From NCBI GenBank assembly GCA_046297835.1, contig JBKBHI010000006.1, forward strand, positions 112,229 through 176,228: a DNA stretch of 64,000 nt, given 5' to 3'. The number at the start of each line of letters is the position of its first letter. Positions within the stretch are counted from its first letter, which is position 1. Under the pieces are notes generated by a model. It did no database searches. It saw only the letters and a program-made list of their open reading frames with translations, and was not told the origin of the DNA. This DNA is from Alphaproteobacteria bacterium (GTDB taxonomy: Bacteria; Pseudomonadota; Alphaproteobacteria; SMXQ01). The position numbers and the translations under genes were made by a program. This document shows positions 40,582 to 50,999 of the stretch, piece by piece.

Positions 40582-41330
40582 CGTTCGCCTTCAAGCCGCG
40601 CCTGATCCCGACGCTGATCGCCCTGCCGCTGTTCCTGACGCTGCTCGGCCTCGGCGTCTGGCAGTTGGAGCGGCGCGAATGGAAGACGGCGCTGCTCGCC
40701 GACATCGAGGCGCGCCTCGCCATGCCGCCGGCGGCGCTGGTCGATCTCTTGCCGCTCGGCCCGGCCGCCAATTACCGCCCGGTTTACGTCGTCGGCGTCT
40801 ATCGCCACGACCGCGAGATGCTGGTGCAGGCGCGCACCCACGAGGGCCAAATCGGCGTGCAAGTGGTGACGCCGTTCCAGCTCATCGAGGAGCGCAGCGC
40901 CGAGGATGCCGGCAGCGGCGTCAAGGTGCGGGCCGAGGCGGTGCTGGTCAATCGCGGCTGGGTGCCGCTGGAGATGCGCGATCCCAAGACGCGGGCGGAC
41001 AGCCAGCCGGCCGGCGAGATGGTCGTCACCGGCCTGCTGCGCTGGCCCGCCGCGCCGGGCTGGTTCACGCCCAAGAACGATCCGGCGCGCAACCAGTGGT
41101 ATTGGATGGAGGTTCCGGCCATGGCGGAGACCTCCAACCTGCGCGACTTGGTGCCGGCCTATATCGAATTGGGCCGCAACGCGGCCGCGCCCGACGCGCT
41201 TCCCATCGGCGGCCAGACCATCGTCCGCCTGCCCAACAACCATTTGCAGTACGCGCTGACCTGGTTCGCCCTAGCGGCGGCGCTGCTCGCGACCTACATC
41301 TTATCCCAGCGCCGCCGTTCCGGCGGCTGA
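40578..41330 (+). CDS. SURF1/Shy1 heme a insertion factor
   Basis: LGVWQLERREWK, VLVNRGWVP, NNHLQYALTWF; GTG start overlaps the DUF983 stop. Confidence 0.93.
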   Translation: MTFAFKPRLIPTLIALPLFLTLLGLGVWQLERREWKTALLADIEARLAMPPAALVDLLPLGPAANYRPVYVVGVYRHDREMLVQARTHEGQIGVQVVTPFQLIEERSAEDAGSGVKVRAEAVLVNRGWVPLEMRDPKTRADSQPAGEMVVTGLLRWPAAPGWFTPKNDPARNQWYWMEVPAMAETSNLRDLVPAYIELGRNAAAPDALPIGGQTIVRLPNNHLQYALTWFALAAALLATYILSQRRRSGG

Positions 41331-41385
41331 TGTCCAAAACCGCCGTTCCGGCGCTTGATCCAGCCGTTAAACCGAAAGCCCGCCC

Positions 41386-42921
41386 ATGATGGATGCCGAC
41401 CGCGCCGAATCGCCCCTGTCCCAGCATCAGCAGCCCTATAGCGAGCTGGAAGCGCGCTTCGGCCGCATCAACCAGCTCGGCGACATCGCCGGGATGCTGC
41501 AATGGGACATGGCGGCGATGATGCCGGCGGGCGGCGCGGAAACCCGGGCCAGCCAGCTCGCGACGCTGAAAGTGATGGCGCACGAGCTGCTGACCGACCC
41601 GCTGACCGCCGACCTGCTCGACGCCGCCGAGCACGATTGGGCCGACGCGCTCGATCCGTGGCAGCGCGGCAATCTGCGCGAGATGCGCCACGCCCAGCGC
41701 CGCGCCACCGCCGTGCCGGCCGACCTCGTCTCGGCCCTGTCGCTCGCCGCCTCGCGCTGCGAGCAGGTCTGGCGCAAGGCGCGCGCCGAGAGCGATTTCG
41801 CCATGGTGCTGCCGCTGATGAAAGAGCAGCTGAAATTGGTGCGCGAGCAATCGAAGATCCTCGCCGGGGCGCTCAAGCTCTCGCCTTACGACGCGCTGCT
41901 CGACGGCTATGAGCCGGACGGCCGCTCGGCCGAGATCGACATGGTGTTCGACGATCTCGCGATCTTCCTGCCCGATTTCATCGGCCGCGCGCTCGATCAT
42001 CAAGCGTCGAAAGACGCGCCCATAAAGCCCAAGGGGCCATTCTCCATCGAGGCGCAGCGCCAGCTCGGCCTGAAGTTGATGGGCATCGTCGGCTTCGATT
42101 TCGAGCACGGCCGCTTGGACACCAGCCATCATCCGTTCTGCGGCGGCGTGCCCGACGACGTGCGCATCACCACGCGCTACGACAAGGCCGATTTCATGAG
42201 CTCGCTGATGGGCGTGCTGCACGAGACCGGCCATGCGCTTTACGAGCAGGGCCTGCCGGCGCGTTGGCGCGGCCAGCCGGTCGGCTATGCGCGCGGCATG
42301 AGCATGCACGAAAGCCAGTCGCTGCTGATCGAGATGCAGGCCTGCCGCTCGCGGGAGTTCATCTCCTTCGCCGCGCCGCTGATGCGCGAGGCGTTCAACA
42401 AGTCCGGCCCGGAATGGGAGGCGGACAACCTCCACCGGCTCTATGCCCGCGTCGAGCGCGGCTTCATCCGCGTCGATGCCGACGAGGCGACCTATCCTGC
42501 CCATGTCATCCTGCGCTACCGGCTGGAGAAGGCGATGATCGCCGGCGATCTCGAACCCATCGACCTGCCCGGCGCCTGGTATGCCGGCATGGAGAAGCTG
42601 CTCGGCATCCGTCCGCCCGACGACGCGCGCGGCTGCCTGCAGGACATCCACTGGTACGACGGGGCCTGGGGCTATTTCCCGACCTACACGCTGGGCGCGA
42701 TGACGGCGGCGCAATTGTTCGCCGCGGCGGAAGCGGAGATGCCGGAACTGCGCGGCGATCTGGCGCGCGGCGATTTCGCCGCCCTGGTCGGCTGGCTGCG
42801 CCGCAACGTGCACGGCAAGGCCTCGGCGATCAGCGGCCGCGACATCCTGATCCAGGCCACGGCCCGGCCGCTCGACGCCGCCGTCTTCAAGGCCCATCTG
42901 GAACGCCGTTATCTCTCTTAA
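41386..42921 (+). CDS. Carboxypeptidase M32 (Taq family)
   Basis: HPF, DVRITTR, HETGH, HESQS, IRVDADE, GCLQDIHW, GYFPTYTLG. Confidence 0.95.
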   Translation: MMDADRAESPLSQHQQPYSELEARFGRINQLGDIAGMLQWDMAAMMPAGGAETRASQLATLKVMAHELLTDPLTADLLDAAEHDWADALDPWQRGNLREMRHAQRRATAVPADLVSALSLAASRCEQVWRKARAESDFAMVLPLMKEQLKLVREQSKILAGALKLSPYDALLDGYEPDGRSAEIDMVFDDLAIFLPDFIGRALDHQASKDAPIKPKGPFSIEAQRQLGLKLMGIVGFDFEHGRLDTSHHPFCGGVPDDVRITTRYDKADFMSSLMGVLHETGHALYEQGLPARWRGQPVGYARGMSMHESQSLLIEMQACRSREFISFAAPLMREAFNKSGPEWEADNLHRLYARVERGFIRVDADEATYPAHVILRYRLEKAMIAGDLEPIDLPGAWYAGMEKLLGIRPPDDARGCLQDIHWYDGAWGYFPTYTLGAMTAAQLFAAAEAEMPELRGDLARGDFAALVGWLRRNVHGKASAISGRDILIQATARPLDAAVFKAHLERRYLS

Positions 42922-43005
42922 CCCATTGGTATAGTTGGGGAAGTCCGAGCCTTGCCGGCCCCGGCGGGCCCCTTTAGTCTCGGCCATCCCATTCAGGAGT
43001 GCGTT

Positions 43006-44430
43006 TTGCGCTACATCAGCACCCGGGGAGCGGCGACGCCGCTCCGCTTCGACGACGTTCTGCTCGCCGGCCTCGCCCGCGACGGCGGCCTTTATGTGCC
43101 CGAAAGCTGGCCGCAATTCTCGGCCGCCGACATCCGCGCCATGGCCGGGCTGCCCTATCACGAGATCGCCTATCGCGTGATGGCGCCCTTCGTCGAAGGG
43201 GCCATTGACCAGGCCGTGTTCAAGCGCATCGTCGCCGAGACCTACGCCGGCTTCGGCCATAGCGCCGTCGCGCCCTTGAAGCAGCTGTCGCCGAACGAGT
43301 GGGTGCTGGAGCTGTTCCACGGGCCGACCCTGGCGTTCAAGGATTACGCCATGCAGCTGCTCGGCCGGCTGTTCGACCATGCGCTGCGCGAGCGCGGCGC
43401 GCGCGTCACCATCGTCGGCGCGACCTCGGGCGATACCGGCTCGGCGGCCATCGAAGCCTGCCGCGGGCGCGACGCCATCGACATCGTCATCCTGCATCCC
43501 AAGGGCCGCACCTCCGAAGTGCAGCGCCGCCAGATGACGACCGTCATGGACGGCAACGTGCACAACGTCGCCGTCGAAGGCACGTTCGACGATTGCCAGG
43601 ATTTGCTGAAAGGCCTGTTCAACGACATCCCGTTCCGCGACGAGGTTTCTTTGAGCGGCGTCAACTCGATCAACTGGGCGCGCATTCTCGGCCAGATCGC
43701 CTATTACTTCGTCGCCGCCGTCGCGCTCGGCGCGCCGGAGCGGAAATTGCGCTTCGCCGTGCCGACCGGCAATTTCGGCAACATCTATGCCGGCTACGCC
43801 GCGCGCGCCATGGGCCTGCCGATCGAGCAGCTGGTGCTCGTCACCAACAGCAACGACATCCTGGCGCGCACGTTGGCGAGCGGCGAGATGAGCATCGGCG
43901 CGGTGCATCCGTCGCTCAGCCCGAGCATGGACATCCAGGTGGCGAGCAATTTCGAGCGTCTGCTGTTCGATCTCTACGGCCGCGACGGCAAGAAGCTCGC
44001 CGCCGACATGGAAGGCTTCCGCAAGACCGGCGCGCTGTCGCTCGGCGCCAACCTCTTGGATTCGGCGCGCCGCGTCTTCGCCGGCGCGCGCGTCGACGAC
44101 GCAGAGACCGTCGCGACCATCGCCGAGGCGTTCAAGGCGACGGGCGAGGTGCTCGATCCGCACACCGCCGTCGGCCTCGCCGGCGGCCGTTCCGCGGCGC
44201 ATGACGGGCATAACCCGACAGTGGTGCTGGCGACCGCCCATCCGGCGAAATTTCCCGATGCGGTGGAAAAGGCCATCGGCCTCAAGCCGGCGCTGCCGCC
44301 GCGCCTCGCCGATCTCATGACCAAGCCGGAGCGCATGACGGTGCTGCCCAACGATCTCGCGCCGCTCAAGGAGTTCGTGCGCAAACACGCGCGCGCGGCC
44401 CATGGCGCGGTGGGGAGTCCCGCCGCATGA
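43006..44430 (+). CDS. thrC: Threonine synthase
   Basis: (M)RYISTRG with TTG start after RBS AGGAG; ELFHGPTLAFKD, GATSGDTG, VNSINWAR, PTGNFGN, ATAHPAKF. Confidence 0.96.
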   Translation: MRYISTRGAATPLRFDDVLLAGLARDGGLYVPESWPQFSAADIRAMAGLPYHEIAYRVMAPFVEGAIDQAVFKRIVAETYAGFGHSAVAPLKQLSPNEWVLELFHGPTLAFKDYAMQLLGRLFDHALRERGARVTIVGATSGDTGSAAIEACRGRDAIDIVILHPKGRTSEVQRRQMTTVMDGNVHNVAVEGTFDDCQDLLKGLFNDIPFRDEVSLSGVNSINWARILGQIAYYFVAAVALGAPERKLRFAVPTGNFGNIYAGYAARAMGLPIEQLVLVTNSNDILARTLASGEMSIGAVHPSLSPSMDIQVASNFERLLFDLYGRDGKKLAADMEGFRKTGALSLGANLLDSARRVFAGARVDDAETVATIAEAFKATGEVLDPHTAVGLAGGRSAAHDGHNPTVVLATAHPAKFPDAVEKAIGLKPALPPRLADLMTKPERMTVLPNDLAPLKEFVRKHARAAHGAVGSPAA

Positions 44431-45683
44431 GCGTGCGCATCACCACTCTGCCGAGCGGCCTGCGCGTCGTCACCGACCATATTCCCCATGTGGAATCGGC
44501 GGCGGTCGGCGTCTGGGTCGATGTCGGCGCGCGCCACGAGGCGGCCGAGGTCAACGGCGTCGCGCATCTTTTGGAGCATATGGCCTTCAAGGGCACGGAA
44601 ACGCGCGACGCGCGGCGCATCGCCGAGGAGATCGAGGCGGTCGGCGGCAGCGTCAACGCCTACACCTCGCGCGAGAACACCGCCTATTACGCCCGCGTGC
44701 TGAAGGCCGACGTGCCGCTGGCAGTCGACATCCTCTCCGACATCCTCCAGCACTCGACCTTCGACGAGACCGAGCTGGCGCGCGAACGCGCGGTCATCCT
44801 CCAGGAGATCGGCCAGAGCTTCGACACGCCGGAAGATCTGATCTTCGACCAGATGCAGGAAACGCTCTATCCCGACCAGCCGCTCGGCCGGCCGATCCTC
44901 GGCACCGAAGCCCTGATCAAGAGCATCCCGCGCGACGACATCGCCGGCTACATGAAGCGTCACTACATGGCCCCGGCTATGGTCCTGGCGGCGGCGGGCA
45001 ATGTCGATCATGCCGCGCTGGTGGCCCAGGCCGAACGCGCGTTTTCCGAAATCGGCCAAGGCGGGCCGGCCCAGCCCGCGCCGGCGCGCTACGCCGGCGG
45101 CGAGCGCTACGAGAACCGCGACTTCGAGCAGGTGCATTTCACCCTCGGCTTCGACGGCGTGCCTTATGGCGATCCCGACTATTACGCCGTCAACGTGCTG
45201 TCCTATCTGCTCGGCGGCGGCATGTCGTCGCGCCTGTTCCAGGAAATCCGCGAGAAGCGCGGGCTGGTCTACAGCATCTACAGCTTCACCTCGCCTTACC
45301 GCGATGGCGGCAATTTCGGCGTTTACGCCGGCACCGGCGAGACGGAAGTCGAGGAGCTGGTGCCGGTGCTGTGCGACGAATTGCAGAAGGTGACGGTGGC
45401 GGTGGACGGCGAGGAGCTGGCGCGCACCAAGGCGCAGATGAAAGCCGGCCTGTTGATGTCGCTCGAAAGCACCTCGTCGCGCTGCGAGCGGCTGGCGCAC
45501 AACATGCTGATCCACGGCCGCGCTTACAGCTATCAGGAGATCATCGACAAGATCGACGCGGTGGACGCGGCGGCGGTGACGGCGGCGGCGCGCCGCGTCA
45601 TGCGCAGCAAGCCGACGGTCGCCGCGCTCGGGCCGGTCAAGCGGCTCGAACGCATGGCGCCGATCGCCTCGCGGTTTTCTTGA
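44427..45683 (+). CDS. M16 peptidase, mitochondrial-processing-peptidase-like (cytoplasmic)
   Basis: NGVAHLLEHMAFKGT, NAYTSRE, GGGMSSRLFQEIREKRGLVYSI. Confidence 0.93.
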   Translation: MSVRITTLPSGLRVVTDHIPHVESAAVGVWVDVGARHEAAEVNGVAHLLEHMAFKGTETRDARRIAEEIEAVGGSVNAYTSRENTAYYARVLKADVPLAVDILSDILQHSTFDETELARERAVILQEIGQSFDTPEDLIFDQMQETLYPDQPLGRPILGTEALIKSIPRDDIAGYMKRHYMAPAMVLAAAGNVDHAALVAQAERAFSEIGQGGPAQPAPARYAGGERYENRDFEQVHFTLGFDGVPYGDPDYYAVNVLSYLLGGGMSSRLFQEIREKRGLVYSIYSFTSPYRDGGNFGVYAGTGETEVEELVPVLCDELQKVTVAVDGEELARTKAQMKAGLLMSLESTSSRCERLAHNMLIHGRAYSYQEIIDKIDAVDAAAVTAAARRVMRSKPTVAALGPVKRLERMAPIASRFS

Positions 45684-45759
45684 GCGGTTTTCCTGACGGA
45701 TATCCGTCAGCCAGAAGGGGAGAGCGATCCTGCTGGGCTTTTTTCGCCGCATCGTTCCC

Positions 45760-46440
45760 ATGCCGGACATCCGCCTGACCGGCGAGCGCGTGCTGTTGCG
45801 CCCGCCGCGCGACGGCGACTACGCGCAATGGGCCGACCTGCGCGCCGCCTCGCGCGATTTCCTGACGCCGTGGGAGCCGACCTGGCCGCGCGACGCGCTG
45901 ACGCGCGGCTGCTGGCGTCGCCGCCTCAGGCATTACGGCGAGGAATGGCGTCTCGGCGCGAGCTACAGCTTCATGATCTTCCGCCTCAACGACCTGGCTT
46001 TGATGGGCGGCATCACCCTGTCGAACGTGCGGCGCGGCGTCGCCCAGGCCGGCACCATCGGCTATTGGGTCGGCCAGACCTTCGCGCGTCAGGGGGTGAT
46101 GACCGAGGCGGTCGGCCTGACGCTGCGCTTCGCCTATGAGGAGCTCGGGCTGCACCGCGTCGAGGCGGCCTGCCTGCCGGACAACGCCCCGAGCCGCGGG
46201 CTGCTCAAGAAATGCGGGTTCCAGGAAGAAGGCTACGCGCCGCAATATCTCAAGATCGACGGCGCGTGGCGCGACCATGTGCTGTTCGCCAAACTCGAAC
46301 CGCTGAGTTCGCCGCACGGCGCGCGCGCGGCGGGCTCGTCTCAGGCCCCGTCTCAGGCGTGGCCGGCGTCGCCCGAGAGCATGGAACCGTCGACGCCCAG
46401 CTTGGCCAGGGCCCTGTCCCATTTGGTGTCGAGGTCGTGA
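45760..46440 (+). CDS. rimJ: RimJ/RimL-family GNAT N-acetyltransferase
   Basis: [52 protein letters not shown]; the start may be upstream (CTG 45730). Confidence 0.85.
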   Translation: MPDIRLTGERVLLRPPRDGDYAQWADLRAASRDFLTPWEPTWPRDALTRGCWRRRLRHYGEEWRLGASYSFMIFRLNDLALMGGITLSNVRRGVAQAGTIGYWVGQTFARQGVMTEAVGLTLRFAYEELGLHRVEAACLPDNAPSRGLLKKCGFQEEGYAPQYLKIDGAWRDHVLFAKLEPLSSPHGARAAGSSQAPSQAWPASPESMEPSTPSLARALSHLVSRS

Positions 46441-46934
46441 TCGAAGATCAGCGCCTCGTCGGCGGCGACGTTGAGCCAGCCGTTGGCCTGGATCTCGGCG
46501 TCGAGCTGGCCCGGCCCCCAGCCGGCATAGCCGAGCATGAGCAATTTATGGCGCGGGCCGCCGCCGCTGGCGATGTCGCGCAGAATGTCGAGCGTCGCCG
46601 TCAGGCCGACGTCGGGCTCGACCAGCAGCGTCGCGTCCTGCAGATAGTCGGCCGAATGCAGCACGAAGCCGCGCCCGGTCTCGACCGGGCCGCCGAACAG
46701 CACGTTGATCGGCTCGGCGTCGTCCGCCGTCTCGATGTCGAGCTGCTTCAAAAGATCGGGAAACGTCGGCTTTTCGACGCCTTTGTTCAGCACCAGCCCC
46801 ATCGCGCCGTCGGCGTTGTGGGCGCAGATGTAGATCACGGCGTGCGCGAAGCGCGAATCGGCCATCTGGGGCATCGCGATGAGCAACTGTCCCGTCAGAT
46901 AGCCGTTTTCCGGCGCAGGCGCGTGTTTGGGCAT
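46353..46934 (-). CDS. YqgE/AlgH family protein
   Basis: [49 protein letters not shown]; ATG at 46934. Confidence 0.92.
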   Translation of the reverse strand: MPKHAPAPENGYLTGQLLIAMPQMADSRFAHAVIYICAHNADGAMGLVLNKGVEKPTFPDLLKQLDIETADDAEPINVLFGGPVETGRGFVLHSADYLQDATLLVEPDVGLTATLDILRDIASGGGPRHKLLMLGYAGWGPGQLDAEIQANGWLNVAADEALIFDHDLDTKWDRALAKLGVDGSMLSGDAGHA

Positions 46935-47045
46935 AGGCCAAAGGTGGTGCGGAACTTCGCGGAAGGCAAGAGCAGCCTGCCTGACAAAGACGTGAAACAT
47001 TTTGACGCGCCGGCGTGCGGCGCGCGCGGTAACGTCGCCGCCGTG

Positions 47046-49337
47046 ATGACACGGTTTTGGGGCGGATCGGCCGCGCCGCGCGCGCTCGCCGCGGCGGCGG
47101 TGCTCTGCGGCGTGGCGCTCGCGGCCGTCGCGGGGCCGGCCGAGGCGCAGCGCGCCCGCTCGACTCCCGAACCCCATTCCAATCAAGTAGGGGGCGCGGG
47201 CCCGAGTTTCAGCATCACGCCCGGCCCCACGCTCGAAGCCAATCGCAAGACGCCGGTCGAGGTCATGGCCATCGCCGAGTCGGACTGGTCGCGCAACGAC
47301 CATGCCGCGGCGCGGCTGATCTCCGGCGTCACGGCCGCGGGAACGTCGGGCGCGGGCGCGGCGGTTTCGCTCGGCCTCGAATTCAAGCTGGCGAAGGATT
47401 GGAAGCTCTATTGGCGCACGCCGGGCGACGCCGGCTATCCGCCGCGCATCGACTGGACCGGCTCGGAAAATCTCGCCAAGGCCGAGTTCTCCTGGCCGAC
47501 GCCCGAGCGCTACAAGATTTTCGGCCTCACCACCTTCGTCTATCAGGACGCGGTGGTGCTGCCGCTCGCCGTCGCGCCGCAAACGCCGGACGCGCCGATC
47601 AGCCTGCGCGGCAAGCTCGAATATCTCTTGTGCGACAAGATCTGCATCCCCTACGAGGCGACCTTGGCGCTCGATCTGCCGGCCGGCGTCGCCGCGCCGA
47701 CCGAACACGCCAAGGCCATCGCGGCCTATGCGGCGAAAGTGCCGCGTCTCGTCGAGCGCGCCGAAGGCGCGCCGCTGTTCGTCGAGCACGCGGCGCTGAC
47801 GCCGGAGAGCGGCGGCATCGTGCTCGAAGTGCTGGCGCGCGCCGCACCAGGGCAGGACGGGGCGCCCTTTACCAAGCCCGACATCATCGTCGAGGGACCG
47901 GCTGCGCTCGCCTTCGGCCCGCCGCAAGAGGTCAGCCTGTCGGAGGGCGGCAAGCTGGCGCTCATCCGCATGCCCGTCAGCGCGGTCGGCCAGGCCGGCG
48001 CGCCGAACGCCGCCTTGCCCGACACTGCGGCTTTGACGCTGACGCTGATCGACGGCGGCCGCGCCATCGAGCAGGACGTCGCCGCGCCGCTCGCCGACGC
48101 CCGCGCGCCGGCGCGGCTCGCCGCGATCCTGGCGCTGGCTTTGCTCGGGGGCCTCTTGCTGAACCTGATGCCCTGCGTGCTGCCGGTGCTGTCGCTGAAA
48201 CTCATGGGCGCGGTGCGCGCCGCCGGCTATCCGACGCGCGAGCTGCGGCTCAGCTTCCTCGCCACGGCGGCGGGCATTCTCGTCGCCTTTCTGGCGCTTG
48301 CCAGCGGCGCGGTGGCGCTGAAATCCGCCGGCCTCGCGGTCGGTTGGGGCATTCAGTTCCAGCAGCCGGTGTTCCTGGCGCTGATGGGGCTGGTGCTGAC
48401 GCTGTTCGCCTGCAGCCTGTGGGGCGTCTTCGCCATCCGTCTCCCGACCGGCGTGATGGACGCGGCCAACAAAGCTTGCGACGGCAAGGCGCTGGCCGGC
48501 GCGTTCTTCACCGGCGTCTTCGCCACCTTGCTCGCCACGCCCTGTTCCGCGCCGTTCCTCGGCACGGCGGTCGGCTTCGCGCTGACGCGCGGGCCCGGCG
48601 AAATCGTCGCCGTCTTCGCCGCGCTCGGCGTCGGATTGGCCGCGCCCTATCTGCTGGTCGCCGCCGTGCCGAGCCTCGCGCGTCTCTTGCCGAGGCCCGG
48701 CCCCTGGATGGCCTGGTTCTGCCGCGCGCTGGCGCTGATCCTCGCCGCCACCGCTTTCTGGCTGCTCACCGTGCTGGCGGCGCAAGCCGGCCTCGTCACG
48801 GCGATTCTCTGCGGCCTGATCCTGGTCGGCGTCTCGGCCATCCTCAGCCTCGGCCATGCGGCGCGCGAACGCTCTCTCTTGCGCCGCGCCGCCTGGCCCG
48901 GCGTCGGCGTCCTCGCGCTCGGCCTCGCCGCCGTGGCGCTGCTCGCCCAGCCCGAGCGCGGCCGCGCTTCTATCTCGGATATCGCCTGGCAGCCGTTCGA
49001 TCGCGTGCAGATCATCAACGCGGTTGCGACCGGCAAGACCGTGCTGGTGGATGTCACCGCCGACTGGTGCGCCACCTGCCAGGTGAACAAGAAGCTGGTG
49101 CTGAACCGCGGCGCGGTGCGGGGCGCCATCGAGCGCGGCGAGGTCGTCGCGATGCGGGCCGACTGGACGCGCCCCGACGCGGCGATCTCGGGCTATCTCG
49201 CCGGCTTCGGCCGCTACGGCATCCCGTTCAACGCCGTCTACGGCCCGGCCGCGCCGTCGGGCCTCGTGCTGTCGGAATTGCTCAGCGAAGGCGAGGTTCT
49301 GGCCGCGTTCGACGCCGCCGGCGCGGCGTCGCGCTGA
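47046..49337 (+). CDS. DsbD/ScsB-like thiol:disulfide interchange protein
   Basis: [17 protein letters not shown] (alpha domain), NLMPCVLP and ATPCSAPF (beta), TADWCATC (gamma). Confidence 0.92.
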   Translation: MTRFWGGSAAPRALAAAAVLCGVALAAVAGPAEAQRARSTPEPHSNQVGGAGPSFSITPGPTLEANRKTPVEVMAIAESDWSRNDHAAARLISGVTAAGTSGAGAAVSLGLEFKLAKDWKLYWRTPGDAGYPPRIDWTGSENLAKAEFSWPTPERYKIFGLTTFVYQDAVVLPLAVAPQTPDAPISLRGKLEYLLCDKICIPYEATLALDLPAGVAAPTEHAKAIAAYAAKVPRLVERAEGAPLFVEHAALTPESGGIVLEVLARAAPGQDGAPFTKPDIIVEGPAALAFGPPQEVSLSEGGKLALIRMPVSAVGQAGAPNAALPDTAALTLTLIDGGRAIEQDVAAPLADARAPARLAAILALALLGGLLLNLMPCVLPVLSLKLMGAVRAAGYPTRELRLSFLATAAGILVAFLALASGAVALKSAGLAVGWGIQFQQPVFLALMGLVLTLFACSLWGVFAIRLPTGVMDAANKACDGKALAGAFFTGVFATLLATPCSAPFLGTAVGFALTRGPGEIVAVFAALGVGLAAPYLLVAAVPSLARLLPRPGPWMAWFCRALALILAATAFWLLTVLAAQAGLVTAILCGLILVGVSAILSLGHAARERSLLRRAAWPGVGVLALGLAAVALLAQPERGRASISDIAWQPFDRVQIINAVATGKTVLVDVTADWCATCQVNKKLVLNRGAVRGAIERGEVVAMRADWTRPDAAISGYLAGFGRYGIPFNAVYGPAAPSGLVLSELLSEGEVLAAFDAAGAASR

Positions 49338-49463
49338 GCGAAATCCCTGCCGTCATCAGGGGCTTTCCCCGCCGCCTCAGACCTTTGGGGCATTTACCCG
49401 GCCCGCCGGCTCGCCCACAATGGGCCGATCAGCGTCATTCCCCATCATCAGGAGAGAACCCCC

Positions 49464-49946
49464 ATGACCATCAAAGTGGGCGACAAGATTCCGTCCGTCA
49501 CCTTGCAGCAGAAGACCGCCGAGGGCGTCTCGCCGATCACCACCGACGAGCTGTTCAAGGGCAAGCGCGTCGTGCTGTTCGCCGTGCCCGGCGCTTTCAC
49601 GCCGACCTGCTCGGCCAAGCACCTGCCGAGCTTCGTGCAGAAGGCCGGCGACCTGAAGGGCAAGGGCGTCGACGCCGTCGCCTGCGTCTCGGTCAACGAC
49701 GCTTTCGTCATGGACGCCTGGGGCAAGGCCCAGGGCGCCGACGGCAAGGTGCAGATGCTGGCCGACGGCTCGGCCCATCTCGCCAAGGCGCTCGGCCTCG
49801 ACCTCGATCTGGTCGACAAGGGCCTCGGCGTGCGCTCGCAGCGCTACGCCATGGTCGTCAAGGACGGCACGGTGGAAAAGCTGTTCGTCGAAGCGCCCGG
49901 CAAATACGAGGTCTCCTCGGCCGAGCACGTGATGAGCCAGCTCTAA
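49464..49946 (+). CDS. Prx5-type peroxiredoxin
   Basis: VPGAFTPTCS..HLP, CVSVNDAFVM.AW, RSQRYAM. Confidence 0.95.
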   Translation: MTIKVGDKIPSVTLQQKTAEGVSPITTDELFKGKRVVLFAVPGAFTPTCSAKHLPSFVQKAGDLKGKGVDAVACVSVNDAFVMDAWGKAQGADGKVQMLADGSAHLAKALGLDLDLVDKGLGVRSQRYAMVVKDGTVEKLFVEAPGKYEVSSAEHVMSQL

Positions 49947-49960
49947 GCCGTTTCGCAGCG

Positions 49961-49998
49961 AAACGAGAGCGGGGGCCTTGCGGCCCCCGTTTTCGTTT
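49961..49998. terminator. Intrinsic terminator, probably bidirectional
   Basis: AAACGAGAGCGGGGGCC-TTGC-GGCCCCCGTTTTCGTTT between convergent genes. Confidence 0.75.
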
Positions 49999-50526
49999 CT
50001 ACCAATCGATGCGGCTGAACCAGAGCGCGGGATCGCGCGGGTTGGCCATCACCCGTTGGACCGTCTCGCAATGAACGCGGCTGGCGGTGGTGGCGTTGGC
50101 CAAGGCGTGATAGTCGCCCGCCGCGTTTTTCCGATAGAGCACCACATGGATGTGCGGGCCGTCGCCATGCTCGTAGATCACGACGGCATCGTCGCCGCGC
50201 GCGAGGCCTTGGACGAAGCGGCGGCTGGGCATTTGCGGCGTGGAAAGGCTGGCGGCGCTGTCGTACGCGCCGTCGCGCGGCGCGAGGCCGCGTTCGGGGC
50301 GCGCGGCGCTGTCCACCGTCGGCACGTCGGAGAAGCGGCTTAAGAGATCGGCCACGACCTGCGGCGGCATGTCGGCGAAGGCCGCGTAAGACCGCGCGCC
50401 CGCAAGCTCGCAGAGCGGCGGGCTGGCGGGTCGATCGCCGCTTTCCACCCGCACCGGGCCGCAGGCGGCCATGGGCGCGGCGAGCAACGCGAGGCCGACG
50501 ACGGCGGGGAGGGCGGCGCGCGCCAT
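49999..50526 (-). CDS. Hypothetical lipoprotein
   Basis: MARAALPAVVGLALLAAPMAA-C; starts 2 nt after the rnhA stop; protein-like sequence. Confidence 0.65.
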   Translation of the reverse strand: MARAALPAVVGLALLAAPMAACGPVRVESGDRPASPPLCELAGARSYAAFADMPPQVVADLLSRFSDVPTVDSAARPERGLAPRDGAYDSAASLSTPQMPSRRFVQGLARGDDAVVIYEHGDGPHIHVVLYRKNAAGDYHALANATTASRVHCETVQRVMANPRDPALWFSRIDW

Positions 50527-50528
50527 GC

Positions 50529-50999
50529 TCAGCTCGGCGCGTCCGCGCGAATCTCGGCGATGGCGGCGCGCGCCAGCGCGTCGGCGCGCTCGTTCTCCGG
50601 GTGGCCGCTGTGGCCCTTCACCCAATGCCAGCGCACCTGATGCAGGTTGGCTGCCGCTTCCAGCCGTTGCCAGAGATCGACGTTCTTGACCGGCTTCCTG
50701 TCGGCGGTCTTCCAGCCGTTCTTCTTCCAGCCGTGAATCCAGCCGGTGATGCCTTGGCGCAGATATTGGCTGTCGGTGTAGAGATCGACGGGCAGGGGCC
50801 GCGTGAGGCTTTCGAGCGCGGCGATGGCGGCCATCAGCTCCATGCGGTTGTTGGTGGTCTGGGCCTCGCCGCCTTTCAGCTCTTTCTCCGCGCCGCGCCA
50901 GCGCAGCACCGCGCCCCAGCCGCCGGGGCCGGGATTGCCGCTGCACGCGCCGTCGGTGAAGGCTTCGACGCTGACGACGCTCTCCTCAGTCAAGGCCAT
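50529..50999 (-). CDS. rnhA: Ribonuclease HI
   Basis: [42 protein letters not shown]. Confidence 0.97.
   Translation of the reverse strand: MALTEESVVSVEAFTDGACSGNPGPGGWGAVLRWRGAEKELKGGEAQTTNNRMELMAAIAALESLTRPLPVDLYTDSQYLRQGITGWIHGWKKNGWKTADRKPVKNVDLWQRLEAAANLHQVRWHWVKGHSGHPENERADALARAAIAEIRADAPS

Noticed and set aside
41065-44403. 1112-aa minus-strand ORF, and similar long ORFs such as 34951-37653, 47057-50074, 3988-6165 and 22010-24163
   Set aside because: They are antisense or off-frame shadows of well-supported genes. High GC3 suppresses stop codons, and the translations are Arg/Ala/Gly-rich with no motifs.
46212-49337. Apparent 1041-aa DsbD and 834-aa YqgE fusions
   Set aside because: The extensions are antisense to each other's real CDS; the real starts are about 47046 (+) and 46934 (-).
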